Shown piece by piece: positions 63,456-64,000 of a stretch of DNA of 64,000 nt. The first letter of the stretch is position 1. Each line of letters opens with the position of its first letter. The notes under the pieces were generated by a model, which saw only the letters and a program-made list of their open reading frames with translations, did no database searches and was not told the DNA's origin. This stretch comes from Malacoraja senta (lineage: Eukaryota), in NCBI GenBank assembly GCA_038087875.1, contig CM075988.1, positions 9,612,001-9,676,000 on the forward strand. The letters run 5' to 3'. The translations under genes were made by a program, and so were the position numbers.

Positions 63456-64000
63456 TAACTGTAAAGATCTTTAATTGCACGTGAATGATCCAATGTGTCC
63501 ACCTTTTGAAATTCTGAGTTTTCAGAAAATTCAATCCAGTTTATGTTACACTGGATACAGCAAAGGCTCTGGGATTCGACAAGGACCTATCTGAACTCCT
63601 ATGCCTTGTGCTCCAGTAATTACTCCACATTCAGGAAATGATCCGCCTCCCTGAACATTTGGAAAATTGCCCAGAATGACCTGTCCATGAAAATTCAAAA
63701 TAGTTCATTACTGCACTATTAGTCTATTTTCAATCATCGCCAAAATGTTGGAAATATCTTTGATAATGCCATCAGCAGCAATTAATAGTCAATAACCTGT
63801 TTACTGCTGCCAGGGACAGCTTCCACAATGATCACTCAGCTCTGCAACTCATTAGCATCCTGGTCCAAATATAGATAAAGTAAGTGAATTCCATGCTTGT
63901 TTAATAATCCTGAACATAAAGACAACTTGATCAAGTGCTGCACTTCAGAATCCTGGCAAGATTGTTCAGTAGGCTGGCCGGAGTTATACAGACCACATAG

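Overview
Repeat-dense, apparently intergenic or intronic vertebrate DNA. The repeat inventory (tRNA-derived HE1-like SINEs with CR1-type tails, CR1 LINEs, a Deu-domain SINE) points to a cartilaginous fish, probably a skate or ray; this is inference. No host protein-coding exon could be supported. Main contents: (1) a full-length but frameshifted DIRS tyrosine-recombinase retrotransposon (38010-42432) with inverted termini, an internal complementary region and gag/RT/RNaseH/methyltransferase-like/YR remnants; (2) a young 5'-truncated CR1 with an uninterrupted ORF2 (44417-48038) inserted in a SINE; (3) a putative ~5 kb non-autonomous Helitron loaded with minisatellites (12320-17262); (4) two PIF/Harbinger-type MITEs and one MITE with an 8-bp TSD; (5) Hero/NeSL, L1/Tx1, Rex1/Babar and Vingi-like LINE fragments; (6) about a dozen short, often inverted, repeats carrying a minimal hammerhead-ribozyme-like motif of the Penelope type; (7) a microhomology-joined templated insertion at 17603-17975, a long inverted repeat at the right edge, and a 200-N assembly gap. 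All family calls come from motif recognition by eye, and boundaries of old fragments are approximate.
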